Shown here: positions 19,477 to 28,903 of the stretch, piece by piece
Position numbering within the stretch: position 1 is the first letter of the stretch
Layout of the letters: the number at the start of each line of letters is the position of its first letter
Source of the DNA: Spirochaetia bacterium
Lineage (GTDB): Bacteria; Spirochaetota; Spirochaetia; SZUA-6; Bin103
DNA length: 64,000 nt
Assembly: GCA_965203515.1 (NCBI GenBank)
Contig: OZ241907.1
Location: 2,880,001 to 2,944,000, forward strand
Reading direction: 5' to 3'
Translations under genes and position numbers: made by a program
The notes under the pieces: generated by a model
What the model was told of the DNA's origin: nothing
Seen by the model: the letters and a program-made list of their open reading frames with translations, nothing else
Databases searched by the model: none

Positions 19477-20189
19477 AGAACATCGCGACCATAGCGCGCA
19501 AGGAACTCGGCACGTACCTGAGCTCGCCGATGGCGTACGTCGTCACGGCGGTGTTCCTGGCGCTGACCGGCACCTTCTTCACGACCTATCTGGCCGGCGT
19601 CGGCTACGCGGACACCAGCATTCGCGGCTTCGTGAACGCCGCGCGCTTCCTGGTGCTGCTGTTCGCGGCGGTGCTCACCATGCGGCTGGTGTCGGAGGAG
19701 AAGAAGGTCGGCACCTGGGAGCTGCTGCTCACCGTCCCGGTGCGCGACGTGGAGATCGTGGTCGGCAAGTTCCTGGGGGCGCTGGCGATGCTCGGCGCCA
19801 TGCTGGCGCTGACCCTGTACTACCCGATCATGCTGCTGGCGTTCGGCGACCCTGACGTCGGGCCGATGGCGACCAGTTACCTGGGACTGTTCCTGCTCGG
19901 CGGCGCCTGCCTGGCGGCAGGGGTGTTCGCCTCGTCGATCACCGCCAACCAGATCGTGTCCGCGGTAGTGGCCGGCGGCATGCTGTTCGGGCTCTGGTTT
20001 CTCGGCGTCCTGGCCAGCCTGGCGCCCGGGGCATTGGGCGACGCCCTTTCGCTGCTCTCCCTGTCGACCTATTTCGCCGACTTCGAGCGCGGCATCGTGG
20101 ACACCCGCGGCGTGGTCTACTACGTGTCCGTCGCTCTGCTGTTTCTGTACCTGTCGGTACGATCCATCGAAGCGGGGAGATGGCGCTGA
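19473..20189 (+). CDS. ABC-2 exporter permease (GldF-like)
   Basis: LTMRLVSEEKKVGTWELLLT, IVVGKFLG, NQIVSA; six TM segments. Confidence 0.9.
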   Translation: MKNIATIARKELGTYLSSPMAYVVTAVFLALTGTFFTTYLAGVGYADTSIRGFVNAARFLVLLFAAVLTMRLVSEEKKVGTWELLLTVPVRDVEIVVGKFLGALAMLGAMLALTLYYPIMLLAFGDPDVGPMATSYLGLFLLGGACLAAGVFASSITANQIVSAVVAGGMLFGLWFLGVLASLAPGALGDALSLLSLSTYFADFERGIVDTRGVVYYVSVALLFLYLSVRSIEAGRWR

Positions 20190-21718
20190 TGTCCGGTTCG
20201 ATGCTCGCCATCGTCGGCCTGGCTACGCTGTTCGCGGCGTGGATCATCGGCTTCGTGACGCCGGCGACCCGCGTCGTCACCTACGTCATCGTGGGTCTTG
20301 GCGCCGCGCTGGTCGCCGCCGCGGTGGTGGTCGACTTCCGCCGGCTGGGCGGCGCGCTCGCCAGCCGCCGCGGGCTGTTCGGCGTCGGCGCGGGCGCCGG
20401 CATGGCGCTGGTGCTGGGTATCGTACTCATGGCCAACGCCATCAGCGTACGCGTCCACCACCGCTTCGACCTTACCGGCCTGTCGCAATTCACCCTGACC
20501 ACCCAGACCAAGGAGGTGCTGGCAGCGCTGGAGGAGCCGGTCGAGGTGATCTCCTTCTTCAATCCGGCCGACCCGCGCCTGATCGGTATGCGCGACTTCG
20601 GCCACAACCTGCTGGCGGAGTACCGGACGTACACCGACCGGTTGACCCTGCGCAGCGTGGATCCGGAGCTGCGGCCCGACGTGGCGCGGCAATACCGCAT
20701 CGGCCCGGCGGCCGCCAGCCTCGGCGCCATGGTGTTCGTGGGCGGCGCCGGCCAGCGGCAGGTGTTCGGCCCACAGATCGGCTTCGAGGCCGAACACGCT
20801 TTCACCAGCGCGATCCTGGAGGTGACCGGCGTCAGGCAGCGGATCATCTACTTCCTCACCGGCCACGAAGAGCGCACCATTGCCGGCGACTACGACAGCG
20901 CCCGCCGCGGCCTGCGCGACAATCTGTTCCGGGTAGCGCCGCTCGATCTGCTGCGCGCAGGCGGCGTGCCCGACGACGCCGCCGCCCTGGTGGTCGCCGG
21001 CCCGCGGCAGCCGATCTCCGCCAACGAGCTGGCCATGCTGGACGAGTACCTGCAGCAGGGAGGACGCCTGCTGCTGTTGTTGGATCCCGACCCGCAGGAG
21101 GAGCTGCGCGAGTTGCTGCGCACCTGGTGGCTCGAGGTCGACGACGGCGCGCTGGTCGATCCCGCCGCCCACGTGGTCCCCAACGCGGACGATCCGCTGG
21201 TGGCGCGCAATCGCAATCGCCTGCAGTTGACCGACCTCCACTTTCCCGGCGTGACCGCCGTCCTGCCGCTGCCCGGCCGGCCGGATGAGATCGAAATCGT
21301 GGCGCTGGCATGGACGACGCCGGACGGGTGGCAGGAACGCCGGCCGATCGCCGACGCCGAGCCGGAGTTCGATCCCGCAGAAGACGTTCCGGGACCGTTG
21401 GCGATCGGCGCGCTGCTGGTACGCCGGCCGCCCGGTGAGGATGACCCGAACCGGGCGACGCGCCTGGCGGTGCTGGGCGACTCCGACTTCGCGGCCAACC
21501 GGCACTTTCACGACGGCGGCAACAGCGACCTGTTCCTGACCCTGGTGAACCAGCTCGCGTACGGCGAGGAGATCATCTCGGTCGACCGCAAGGTGCTGCC
21601 GGTTCGCCGGCTGGTGCTGAGCCCGGAGGAGGCGCGCTTCTTCAACCTGTCCAGCGCCGGTCTGCTGCCGCTCCTGGTGCTGATCGCCGGCGGGTTGATG
21701 TGGTGGCGGCGGAGATGA
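20180..21718 (+). CDS. GldG-like ABC transporter auxiliary protein
   Basis: RFDLT...TLT, IYFLTGHEE, VVAGP, GGRLLLLLDP, GDSDF...N.DLFL; C-terminal TM followed by WWRRR. Confidence 0.88.
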   Translation: MALMSGSMLAIVGLATLFAAWIIGFVTPATRVVTYVIVGLGAALVAAAVVVDFRRLGGALASRRGLFGVGAGAGMALVLGIVLMANAISVRVHHRFDLTGLSQFTLTTQTKEVLAALEEPVEVISFFNPADPRLIGMRDFGHNLLAEYRTYTDRLTLRSVDPELRPDVARQYRIGPAAASLGAMVFVGGAGQRQVFGPQIGFEAEHAFTSAILEVTGVRQRIIYFLTGHEERTIAGDYDSARRGLRDNLFRVAPLDLLRAGGVPDDAAALVVAGPRQPISANELAMLDEYLQQGGRLLLLLDPDPQEELRELLRTWWLEVDDGALVDPAAHVVPNADDPLVARNRNRLQLTDLHFPGVTAVLPLPGRPDEIEIVALAWTTPDGWQERRPIADAEPEFDPAEDVPGPLAIGALLVRRPPGEDDPNRATRLAVLGDSDFAANRHFHDGGNSDLFLTLVNQLAYGEEIISVDRKVLPVRRLVLSPEEARFFNLSSAGLLPLLVLIAGGLMWWRRR

Positions 21719-22293
21719 GCGGACTGCGGCCGGTGAACCTGCGTTCGTTGCTGCTGCTGACAGCGGCGGCGGCCGGATTGGCGGTCGCTCTCTACTACAC
21801 TTCCCGCCCGAAACCGCAGCCCCGGCCCGAACCGCGCCCCTTCGTGTGGGGGTTCGACATGATGGAGCTGGTCCGGATGGAGATCGAACTGCCGCGGGTC
21901 GGCATGCGGGAACGATGGAAACGCGGCGAGGACCGACAGTGGTACTTCGACGACGAACAGGGGCAGCCGGTCAACGGCGACCGCTGGGGCGGCGGGATCG
22001 CGCTGCTGGTGAGCGGCCCGGGCGCCAACCGCCGCATCGCCGAGGAGGCCACCGACGAGCAGTTGGAGCGGTTCGGCCTCACCGAACCGCAGATGACGCT
22101 CGGCCTCACCCTGATCGACGGCGAGTTCGTGAAGGTGATCGTCGGCGACGCCACGCCCGACGGACGCAGCTACTACATCAAGGAGCTCACCGACCGCGGC
22201 GTCTACACCGTGGACTTCACGTGGTACGGCGTGCTGGAGCGTCTGGTGACCGACCCGCCCTATCCCCCGCCCGACCGGAAGCCGATCGAGTAG
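21715..22293 (+). CDS. DUF4340-like exported protein
   Basis: ATGA overlap; N-terminal TM; LERFGLTEP...VGDATPDG.SYY; usual position after gldG. Confidence 0.75.
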   Translation: MSGLRPVNLRSLLLLTAAAAGLAVALYYTSRPKPQPRPEPRPFVWGFDMMELVRMEIELPRVGMRERWKRGEDRQWYFDDEQGQPVNGDRWGGGIALLVSGPGANRRIAEEATDEQLERFGLTEPQMTLGLTLIDGEFVKVIVGDATPDGRSYYIKELTDRGVYTVDFTWYGVLERLVTDPPYPPPDRKPIE

Positions 22294-22381
22294 AGCGCGA
22301 ATCGTGCGCGAGGTTGATCTTGCGGCCCGACTCTGTTCTCATGGGTTCAGTGCGTCACCGGTGTAGCGGAAAGGTCCGGGG

Positions 22382-23410
22382 TTGAGCGGAACGGAACCCA
22401 CAGACCGTCACGCCGAGCGCGAGACGGTACTGGAGGTCGACGGGCTGCGGACGTACTTCTACACCGATGAAGGCGTCGTCAAGGCGGTCGACGGACTTTC
22501 ATACCGGGTGAGGAAGGGCGAATTCGTCGGTCTGGTAGGCGAAAGCGGCTGCGGCAAGAGCGTGAGCGCCATGTCGGTGCTGCGCCTGATTCCGCATCCG
22601 CCCGGCCTGATCGTGGGCGGCGAGATCCGGTTCCATGGCGAAGATCTGCTGAAGGTCGACGAGGCGCGGATGCGCGACATCCGCGGCAACCGCATCGCCA
22701 TGGTGTTTCAGGAACCTACCACCTCCCTCAACCCGGTGCTGACCGTGGGGCGGCAGATCTCCGAGTCGATCGAGCTGCACCGCAACGCCGACAAGGCCGC
22801 GGCAATGGCCGAAAGCGTCAGGCTGCTGGAGTTGGTCGGCATTCCCGACCCGGAGCGGCGCATCAAGGACTATCCCTTCCAGTTCTCGGGCGGCATGCAG
22901 CAGCGGGTGATGATCGCCATGGCGCTGAGTTGCAGCCCCGAGCTGCTGATCGCCGACGAACCGACCACCTCGCTGGACGTGACCGTGCAGGCGCAGCTTC
23001 TGGAGATCGTCGCCGACCTGCGGGAGCAGCTCGACATGGCCGGTATCATCATCACCCACAACCTGGGGCTGGTGGCGCGCTACGTCGACCGCGTCAACGT
23101 GATGTACGCCGGCAAGCTGGTGGAGTCGGGCGCCACCGACGTGATCTTCGCCGAACCCAAGCATCCCTATACCATCGGCCTGATGGCTTCGGTGCCGCGC
23201 CTCGACAGCCCGCGCAGAGCGGCGCCGCGCGCCATCGAAGGGTTGCCGCCCAACCTGGCGCACCTCCCCGACGGCTGCGCGTTTGCGCCGCGCTGCTCGT
23301 TCGCGATGGATCGGTGCCGCGCGGAGGAGCCACGACCGGAGCCGGTCGGCGAAGGCCACTACCGGAGCTGCTTCTACGATGCGAGCAAGCTTCAGAAGGT
23401 GACGATATGA
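22382..23410 (+). CDS. oppD: Oligopeptide ABC transporter ATP-binding protein
   Basis: [28 protein letters not shown]-terminal Cys cluster. Confidence 0.9.
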   Translation: MSGTEPTDRHAERETVLEVDGLRTYFYTDEGVVKAVDGLSYRVRKGEFVGLVGESGCGKSVSAMSVLRLIPHPPGLIVGGEIRFHGEDLLKVDEARMRDIRGNRIAMVFQEPTTSLNPVLTVGRQISESIELHRNADKAAAMAESVRLLELVGIPDPERRIKDYPFQFSGGMQQRVMIAMALSCSPELLIADEPTTSLDVTVQAQLLEIVADLREQLDMAGIIITHNLGLVARYVDRVNVMYAGKLVESGATDVIFAEPKHPYTIGLMASVPRLDSPRRAAPRAIEGLPPNLAHLPDGCAFAPRCSFAMDRCRAEEPRPEPVGEGHYRSCFYDASKLQKVTI

Positions 23411-24405
23411 GCAACGGCGGCACCGGCGTCGAACACCTTCTGGAAGTGAGGAATCTGGTCAAGTACTACCCCGTCACCGCCGGCGTGCTGCGCCGCAAGG
23501 TGGGCGACGTCAAGGCGGTGGACGGGATCAGCTTTGCCATCGAGCCGGGCGAAACCCTGGGACTGGTGGGCGAGAGCGGCTGCGGCAAGACCACCACCGG
23601 GCGCTGCATCCTGCAACTGCAGGAGATCACCTTCGGCGAGGTGATGTTTCAGGGGCAGGATCTGACGCGGATGAAGGGCGAGGCGCTGCGCCGCATGCGG
23701 CGCCACATGCAGCTCATCTTCCAGGATCCATTTGCCTCCCTCGACCCGCGCATGACCGCCGGCAACATCGTCGGCGAGCCGTTGCGCGTGCACGACATCG
23801 CCCGGGGAAAGCGGTATCGGCAACAGGTCTCGGAACTGCTGAGCATGGTGGAACTGTCGCCCACCGTCGCGGGCCGCTATCCGCACGAATTCAGCGGCGG
23901 CCAGCGCCAGCGCCTGGGGATCGCGCGCGCGCTGGCGGTGCGGCCGGCGTTCATCGTGTGCGACGAACCGGTATCGGCTCTCGACGTCTCGATTCAGGCG
24001 CAGATCATCACGCTGCTGATGCGGCTGCGCGCGGAGTTCAATCTCACCTACCTGTTCATCGCGCACGACTTGGCGGTGGTGCGCAACATCAGCGACCGGG
24101 TGGCGGTGATGTATCTCGGCAAGATCATGGAAATCACCACCAGCGATCGGCTGTACGACGAACCGCTGCATCCCTACACCATCTCGCTGCTGTCCGCGGT
24201 GCCGATTCCCGATCCGATGGTAGACCGCACCCGGGAGCGGATCATCCTGAAGGGAGACGTGCCGAGCCCGATGAATCCGCCGAGCGGCTGCGCGTTTCAC
24301 ACCCGCTGCCCGCACGCGGAGGAGATCTGCAAGCGCCAGGTGCCCGAGCTGAAGCCGACCGGTCCCGACCACTGGACCGCCTGCCATCTCGTCGAGGCGT
24401 CCTGA
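23407..24405 (+). CDS. oppF: Oligopeptide ABC transporter ATP-binding protein
   Basis: ATGA overlap; [47 protein letters not shown]. Confidence 0.9.
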   Translation: MSNGGTGVEHLLEVRNLVKYYPVTAGVLRRKVGDVKAVDGISFAIEPGETLGLVGESGCGKTTTGRCILQLQEITFGEVMFQGQDLTRMKGEALRRMRRHMQLIFQDPFASLDPRMTAGNIVGEPLRVHDIARGKRYRQQVSELLSMVELSPTVAGRYPHEFSGGQRQRLGIARALAVRPAFIVCDEPVSALDVSIQAQIITLLMRLRAEFNLTYLFIAHDLAVVRNISDRVAVMYLGKIMEITTSDRLYDEPLHPYTISLLSAVPIPDPMVDRTRERIILKGDVPSPMNPPSGCAFHTRCPHAEEICKRQVPELKPTGPDHWTACHLVEAS

Positions 24406-24427
24406 TCGCGCCATCCGTCGAACCGTC

Positions 24428-25387
24428 GTGAAGGGCAAGCGCGCGGCGCCGACGCTCAATCTGCCGCAGGTCGTGATCCTGGTCGTGGTGGTGGCCCTGA
24501 TCGTGGGCGGGGCGGCCGGCTTCGCCATCTATCGGGACCGGGTCAAGCCGTTGCGAACCAAGGTGTTGATCGTCGACGACACGTCGGTCGAGATGCGCTA
24601 TTTCCTGAAGCGGGTGCGCATGTACGGACGCGAACCGCTGGAGGTGCTCCAGCTCCTGACCCGGGAGCTGATCATCGCGCAGGCGGCGGTACATCCTCCC
24701 TACGACATCGAAGTGACGGATCAGGACGTCGAAGATTACCTGCGCGACAGCGCGCGCGCCGGCGCCGCTTCGATCACCGACGAAGAGGTGAGGGAATGGT
24801 ATCGGCAGGCGCTCAACGACAGCGATCTCGATGATGCCGAGTTCCGCGAACTGATGCGCCGCAACCTGCTCGCGCTGCGCATGGCGGAGTATCTCGGCGA
24901 ACGGATGCCGACGGTGGTGGAGCAGGTGCGTCTCTACGTGATCGTCCTTGCCACCCCGGAGGCGGGGACCGGCGTCGTGGCTCAGCTCGAAGCGGGAGCC
25001 GACTTTCTAGAGCTGGCGCGCAGCGAAGCGAACGCCGATGAACGGCTGCGCGCCAAGGGCGGCGACCTGGGCTGGCTGCCCCGGCAGGCGATGCGGCCGG
25101 AACTCGCCGCCGTGTTCGACCTGCCGGTCGGTCAGCCGAGCCGTATGCTGGCGCTCGGCGCCAACGCCTATGCCGTAGCGATGGTGGGCGAGCGCGCCGA
25201 GGCGCGGGAGATGGAGCCGAAGGCGCGAGAGGCGGCCAAGGCCGCTGCGCTCACCGCCTGGTTCGACCGGGAGTACCCGTACCATAACGTGGAGATACAC
25301 GGCTTCACCAACGGTTACGACACCGAGACCGACCTGTGGGTGAAGTGGCAACTCCAGCGCATGGCTCGTCCCGGCCAAGGCTCCTGA
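24428..25387 (+). CDS. SurA/PrsA-like membrane-anchored foldase (parvulin PPIase domain)
   Basis: N-terminal TM, SurA-N-like helical region, GADFLELA...KGGDLGW parvulin motif. Confidence 0.8.
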   Translation: MKGKRAAPTLNLPQVVILVVVVALIVGGAAGFAIYRDRVKPLRTKVLIVDDTSVEMRYFLKRVRMYGREPLEVLQLLTRELIIAQAAVHPPYDIEVTDQDVEDYLRDSARAGAASITDEEVREWYRQALNDSDLDDAEFRELMRRNLLALRMAEYLGERMPTVVEQVRLYVIVLATPEAGTGVVAQLEAGADFLELARSEANADERLRAKGGDLGWLPRQAMRPELAAVFDLPVGQPSRMLALGANAYAVAMVGERAEAREMEPKAREAAKAAALTAWFDREYPYHNVEIHGFTNGYDTETDLWVKWQLQRMARPGQGS

Positions 25388-25531
25388 GAACCGGCCGGCG
25401 GGTCAGATCGAAAGCTCGGCGCCGGCAGCTACCTGATCCCAGTCGATCGGCAGCCCGGGGCCGTCCAGAAATATCAGGTCAGCATCAGCCCTGCCCGGCC
25501 CGATGACCGCGCGACGGGTGAGGCACGGCCG

Positions 25532-26317
25532 TCACCGCGGCGCGCCGTCCATCAGCGCGTCGAACTCGTCGGCCGACAGGAGATTGTCGTCCCGGTCGAG
25601 CTGGTAGGCGATCGCGTAGGCGCCGCGGTTGACGCCGCTCAGGTTCGGCTCGCCGCGGTGCCACGTGTAGTTCGTGAAGAAGTACGCGTCACCCGGTCCG
25701 CCGGGGATGAGCTCCTCGCGGGCATCGTCCACCACCTCCAGGGCGATCCGCTTGCGCTGGTACTTGGCGCCGTCTCGGCCGTGCTGGGGCACCTGATCCC
25801 AGTACAGCTCGTGGTACTGTATCCGCCCGCGCGCATGCGTGCCCGGCAGGAACCCGAGCGCGATGGCGTCCCGCTCCACCCGATCGAGCGCGATCCAGCA
25901 GTTGAGACACACCTGCGGCCGCAGCTTCCAGTAGAAGCAGTCCTGGTGGTAGAAGCTGCGCCCGGCCCGGTAGACCGCCGGCTTGAAGATCGTCTGGTCG
26001 GTATAGCGCTTGACCGGTCCGCCGAGCAACGCCTCCATGGCGCCGACCAGCCGGGGATGCCCGGTGAAGTCGTCGAAGACCGCCTCGATCATGGACGGCA
26101 GTTGCAACGACCCGGACCGGTAGTTGCCGCCGGGCGTGTCCCGGTTCTCGGGGTCCCAGCTCTGCAGATGCCGGTTCGGCCAGCCGTAGTCGTGACGGCC
26201 GTCCCAGAGCTCCTCCATCCGCGCCCGCACCGGCCCGGTCTCCGCTTCGGTGAACAATCCGCGAACGACGCAGTAGCCGTCGCGATCGAGCTGCCGCTTG
26301 TGCGCTTCCGTGATCAT
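25532..26317 (-). CDS. Phytanoyl-CoA dioxygenase (PhyH) family protein
   Basis: RDGYCVVRGLF, YHQD, CWIALD, PGTH, TWHRG; AAGGAGG RBS before ATG 26317 (alternative start 26371). Confidence 0.88.
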   Translation of the reverse strand: MITEAHKRQLDRDGYCVVRGLFTEAETGPVRARMEELWDGRHDYGWPNRHLQSWDPENRDTPGGNYRSGSLQLPSMIEAVFDDFTGHPRLVGAMEALLGGPVKRYTDQTIFKPAVYRAGRSFYHQDCFYWKLRPQVCLNCWIALDRVERDAIALGFLPGTHARGRIQYHELYWDQVPQHGRDGAKYQRKRIALEVVDDAREELIPGGPGDAYFFTNYTWHRGEPNLSGVNRGAYAIAYQLDRDDNLLSADEFDALMDGAPR

Positions 26318-26367
26318 GATGCCCTCCTTCGGCGTGTGCCCGGCGTCCGTATCAGCGGCGATTGCCA

Positions 26368-27618
26368 TCATCGGTTCCTCCCGTATCCCATCTCGTTCCA
26401 AATCTCCTTGGCCCGCGCCGTCGCCTCGGGCGTCGGCTCCCGATCCGCCATGATACTGGGCGGCGCATCCGGGGGCTCGGCGCCTCCCGGCCACGGCGAC
26501 CACGTGTCATGCTGGTGCCGCGCCCTCTGGTTCTCGTCGGCAAAGTCGGGGACCTCGACCGGTTGGCCATGCTGCAGCGCGCTCCTCCACGCCAGGATGC
26601 CGACCGAGCTCATCGCCACCGCCCGATATACGTCCAGGAACGGTTGCGCACCCGACCTGATCGCCCGCGCGAAGTGGTGGCTGGTCCAGAAGTCCCCGCC
26701 CCCGTGGCCCGCCCGCTCGGCCGACTCGGCGTGCTCCGGCCATTCGGGAAGATACGAGCGCTCCAGCGGCTGATCGGGCCAGCGGTTCCACGGCTCGTGC
26801 CAGACCCGCACCTGCCCCGGTCCGAAGTAGCCGGGGCCGCGGGCGATCTCCATCGCCCCGCGCGTGCCGTGCACGCGGTACCAGTTGCTATGCCCCGGCA
26901 GCACCAGACCGAAGATGCGGAACACGGAGCCGTCGTCCATCCGGCACAGGATCACCGAACCGGGATCGCCGCGGCGCATGGTGAGATCGCCGACCTCCGG
27001 CGCGGCGATGGAGAGCGCGTTGACGGCCCGCGGCATCGATCCGGTGACGTACGTCAGCGGCGCCAGCGCATGGGTGCAGTAGTAGGTCGACGGCAGCCAG
27101 TTGCGCCAGTGATGCCTGCCGGGAGCCAGACGCAGCCGTACGTCGGGCGCCATGGGGTGGTTGTACTCGCCCTCCGCATAGGTCACCTGGCCGATCTCCC
27201 CCGTGCGGTAGAGCCGGCGCAGCTCCTGGCTGAAGACCGTATAGCAGTAGTTCTCGGCGAGCATGTAGATGCGGCCCGAGCGCTCCACCGCCCGGCAGAG
27301 CGCCACGCCCTCGGCGATCGTGCCGTTGGCCGACGTCTCGCTCAGCACGTGCTTGCCGGCTTCCAACGCCTTGATCGCGAACGGCGCGTGCTGGTGGAAG
27401 TAATTGGCCAGTATCACCGCATCCAGGTCGTACTCCAGAAAGGCGTCGTACTCGGTGAAGGCGGCGACCCCGTAGGCGCGGCCGGCCGCCCGCAGGCGCT
27501 CCTCCCACACGTCGCAGATGGCGACCAGCGTCATCCCCACCGCCTCCGCGGCGCCCTTGATGAAGCTCTCGCCGCGGCGCACGCCGACCACCCCGACCCG
27601 TATCTCACCGTCACGCAC
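26368..27618 (-). CDS. Gfo/Idh/MocA family oxidoreductase
   Basis: RVGVVGVRRG, AGKHVLSE, MLAENY, YAEGEYNH, GHGGGD. Confidence 0.9.
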   Translation of the reverse strand: MRDGEIRVGVVGVRRGESFIKGAAEAVGMTLVAICDVWEERLRAAGRAYGVAAFTEYDAFLEYDLDAVILANYFHQHAPFAIKALEAGKHVLSETSANGTIAEGVALCRAVERSGRIYMLAENYCYTVFSQELRRLYRTGEIGQVTYAEGEYNHPMAPDVRLRLAPGRHHWRNWLPSTYYCTHALAPLTYVTGSMPRAVNALSIAAPEVGDLTMRRGDPGSVILCRMDDGSVFRIFGLVLPGHSNWYRVHGTRGAMEIARGPGYFGPGQVRVWHEPWNRWPDQPLERSYLPEWPEHAESAERAGHGGGDFWTSHHFARAIRSGAQPFLDVYRAVAMSSVGILAWRSALQHGQPVEVPDFADENQRARHQHDTWSPWPGGAEPPDAPPSIMADREPTPEATARAKEIWNEMGYGRNR

Positions 27619-28807
27619 GGCGCTCTCCCCGACTCGAGGGCGTGCCGCCCCAGTCCGGGACCTCCAACACCTCGCCGTCGCGCAACGCCGACTTGTGGGC
27701 GATCACGCCGGGCGCCATGTAGCGCACCGCCTCCCAGACGTCGATCGCCGGGCTGCGGTCGCGCGCCACCGCGTCGACGAACTCGTGCACCAGGTAGGCA
27801 TGCGACCCGCCGTGGCCGCCGTAGACGTCCGATCCGGTGCCGTCCCGGTACGCCTGCGCCACCTCGTCCGGAAGCGGATCGCGCATCTGTTCCACCGGAA
27901 CCGGGGCGGCCCCTTCCAGGTCGACCCAGGTCATGTCCTTGTAGGTCGCGCGGGTGCCGAAGACCCGAAAGGTCTCGGTCTCGTGATGGCCGACCTGCCG
28001 GTACTCGCAGATGCGGCAGACGGCGTCGTTGGACATCCGAAACTGCGCGGTCTCATTGCTGAACTCGTCGCCATGGAACGGATCGCCGCCGGGGTCCCGG
28101 TAGCCCAGGCAGCTCACCTTGACCATGTGAGCGCCCATCACCGAGATCGGCCCGCAGGTCGAATGAGTCGGATAGTGCATCGGGCCGGAGATCAGGCCGC
28201 GGCGGTGGTACTCCGCCTCCAGCCGCTGCCACTCCGCGCCCGCCTTGCCGGTCAGCCGGCGCCGCTTGACCTCCCGCAGATTGCTGCGCGGGTCCTCCAC
28301 GTCGTGGAAGTACTCGCCCTCCGCATAGACGAACCGGCCGAACGCGCCCGCCGCGCTCCGGCGCCGGCAATACATCGTTTCCGGTCGATAGAACGTGGTC
28401 TCACCGAGCATGTAGTGGAGCCCGGTCCGCTCCACCGCCCGCACCAGACGATCGCACCACTCCAGGATCTCGTCGCCGTCCGGCACCATGATGATCGGCA
28501 CGGCGCTGTAGACGTGCTTGCCGGATTCCAGCGCGGCGATCGCCTGCGGGGCATGCAGCCACGGCTGCGTGATGATCGCCACCGCGTCGAGGTCGGCCGC
28601 GCACAGCTCGTCCAGGGAGCCGTACGCGTCGGCAGACGTGAACTTGTCCCGGAACGACGGGTCGCGGGCGAAGCGGTCGATGCGCTCCGGCTCGCGGTCG
28701 CACAGGGCGATGCGATCGACCTGCGGGTGGAGCTTGAACAGACGGGCGAAGGTGGAGCCGAACGCACCGAGCCCGACGATTCCCAGGGAAATACCCACTA
28801 TCCTCAA
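27611..28807 (-). CDS. Gfo/Idh/MocA family oxidoreductase
   Basis: GIVGLGAFG, SGKHVYSAVP, YAEGEYFH, GGHGGSH. Confidence 0.9.
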   Translation of the reverse strand: MRIVGISLGIVGLGAFGSTFARLFKLHPQVDRIALCDREPERIDRFARDPSFRDKFTSADAYGSLDELCAADLDAVAIITQPWLHAPQAIAALESGKHVYSAVPIIMVPDGDEILEWCDRLVRAVERTGLHYMLGETTFYRPETMYCRRRSAAGAFGRFVYAEGEYFHDVEDPRSNLREVKRRRLTGKAGAEWQRLEAEYHRRGLISGPMHYPTHSTCGPISVMGAHMVKVSCLGYRDPGGDPFHGDEFSNETAQFRMSNDAVCRICEYRQVGHHETETFRVFGTRATYKDMTWVDLEGAAPVPVEQMRDPLPDEVAQAYRDGTGSDVYGGHGGSHAYLVHEFVDAVARDRSPAIDVWEAVRYMAPGVIAHKSALRDGEVLEVPDWGGTPSSRGERRA

Positions 28808-28826
28808 ACCTCCTCTGTCAGAGCGC

Positions 28827-28852
28827 GGCAGGCGGGCCGCTGCCCGCCTGCC
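28827..28852 (-). terminator. GC-rich hairpin downstream of the sugar-binding protein gene
   Basis: ggcaggcgggc-cgct-gcccgcctgcc, 11-bp stem. Confidence 0.5.
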
Positions 28853-28903
28853 CGCTCGCGCGAAAAATCGATCCGCGTCGGATCGGCGGATCGGCCGGCT
28901 CCC

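Noticed and set aside
18523..22293. Gliding motility locus
   Set aside because: GldAFG-like ABC sets occur widely outside gliding bacteria, and no other gld/spr or type IX secretion genes are in the window.
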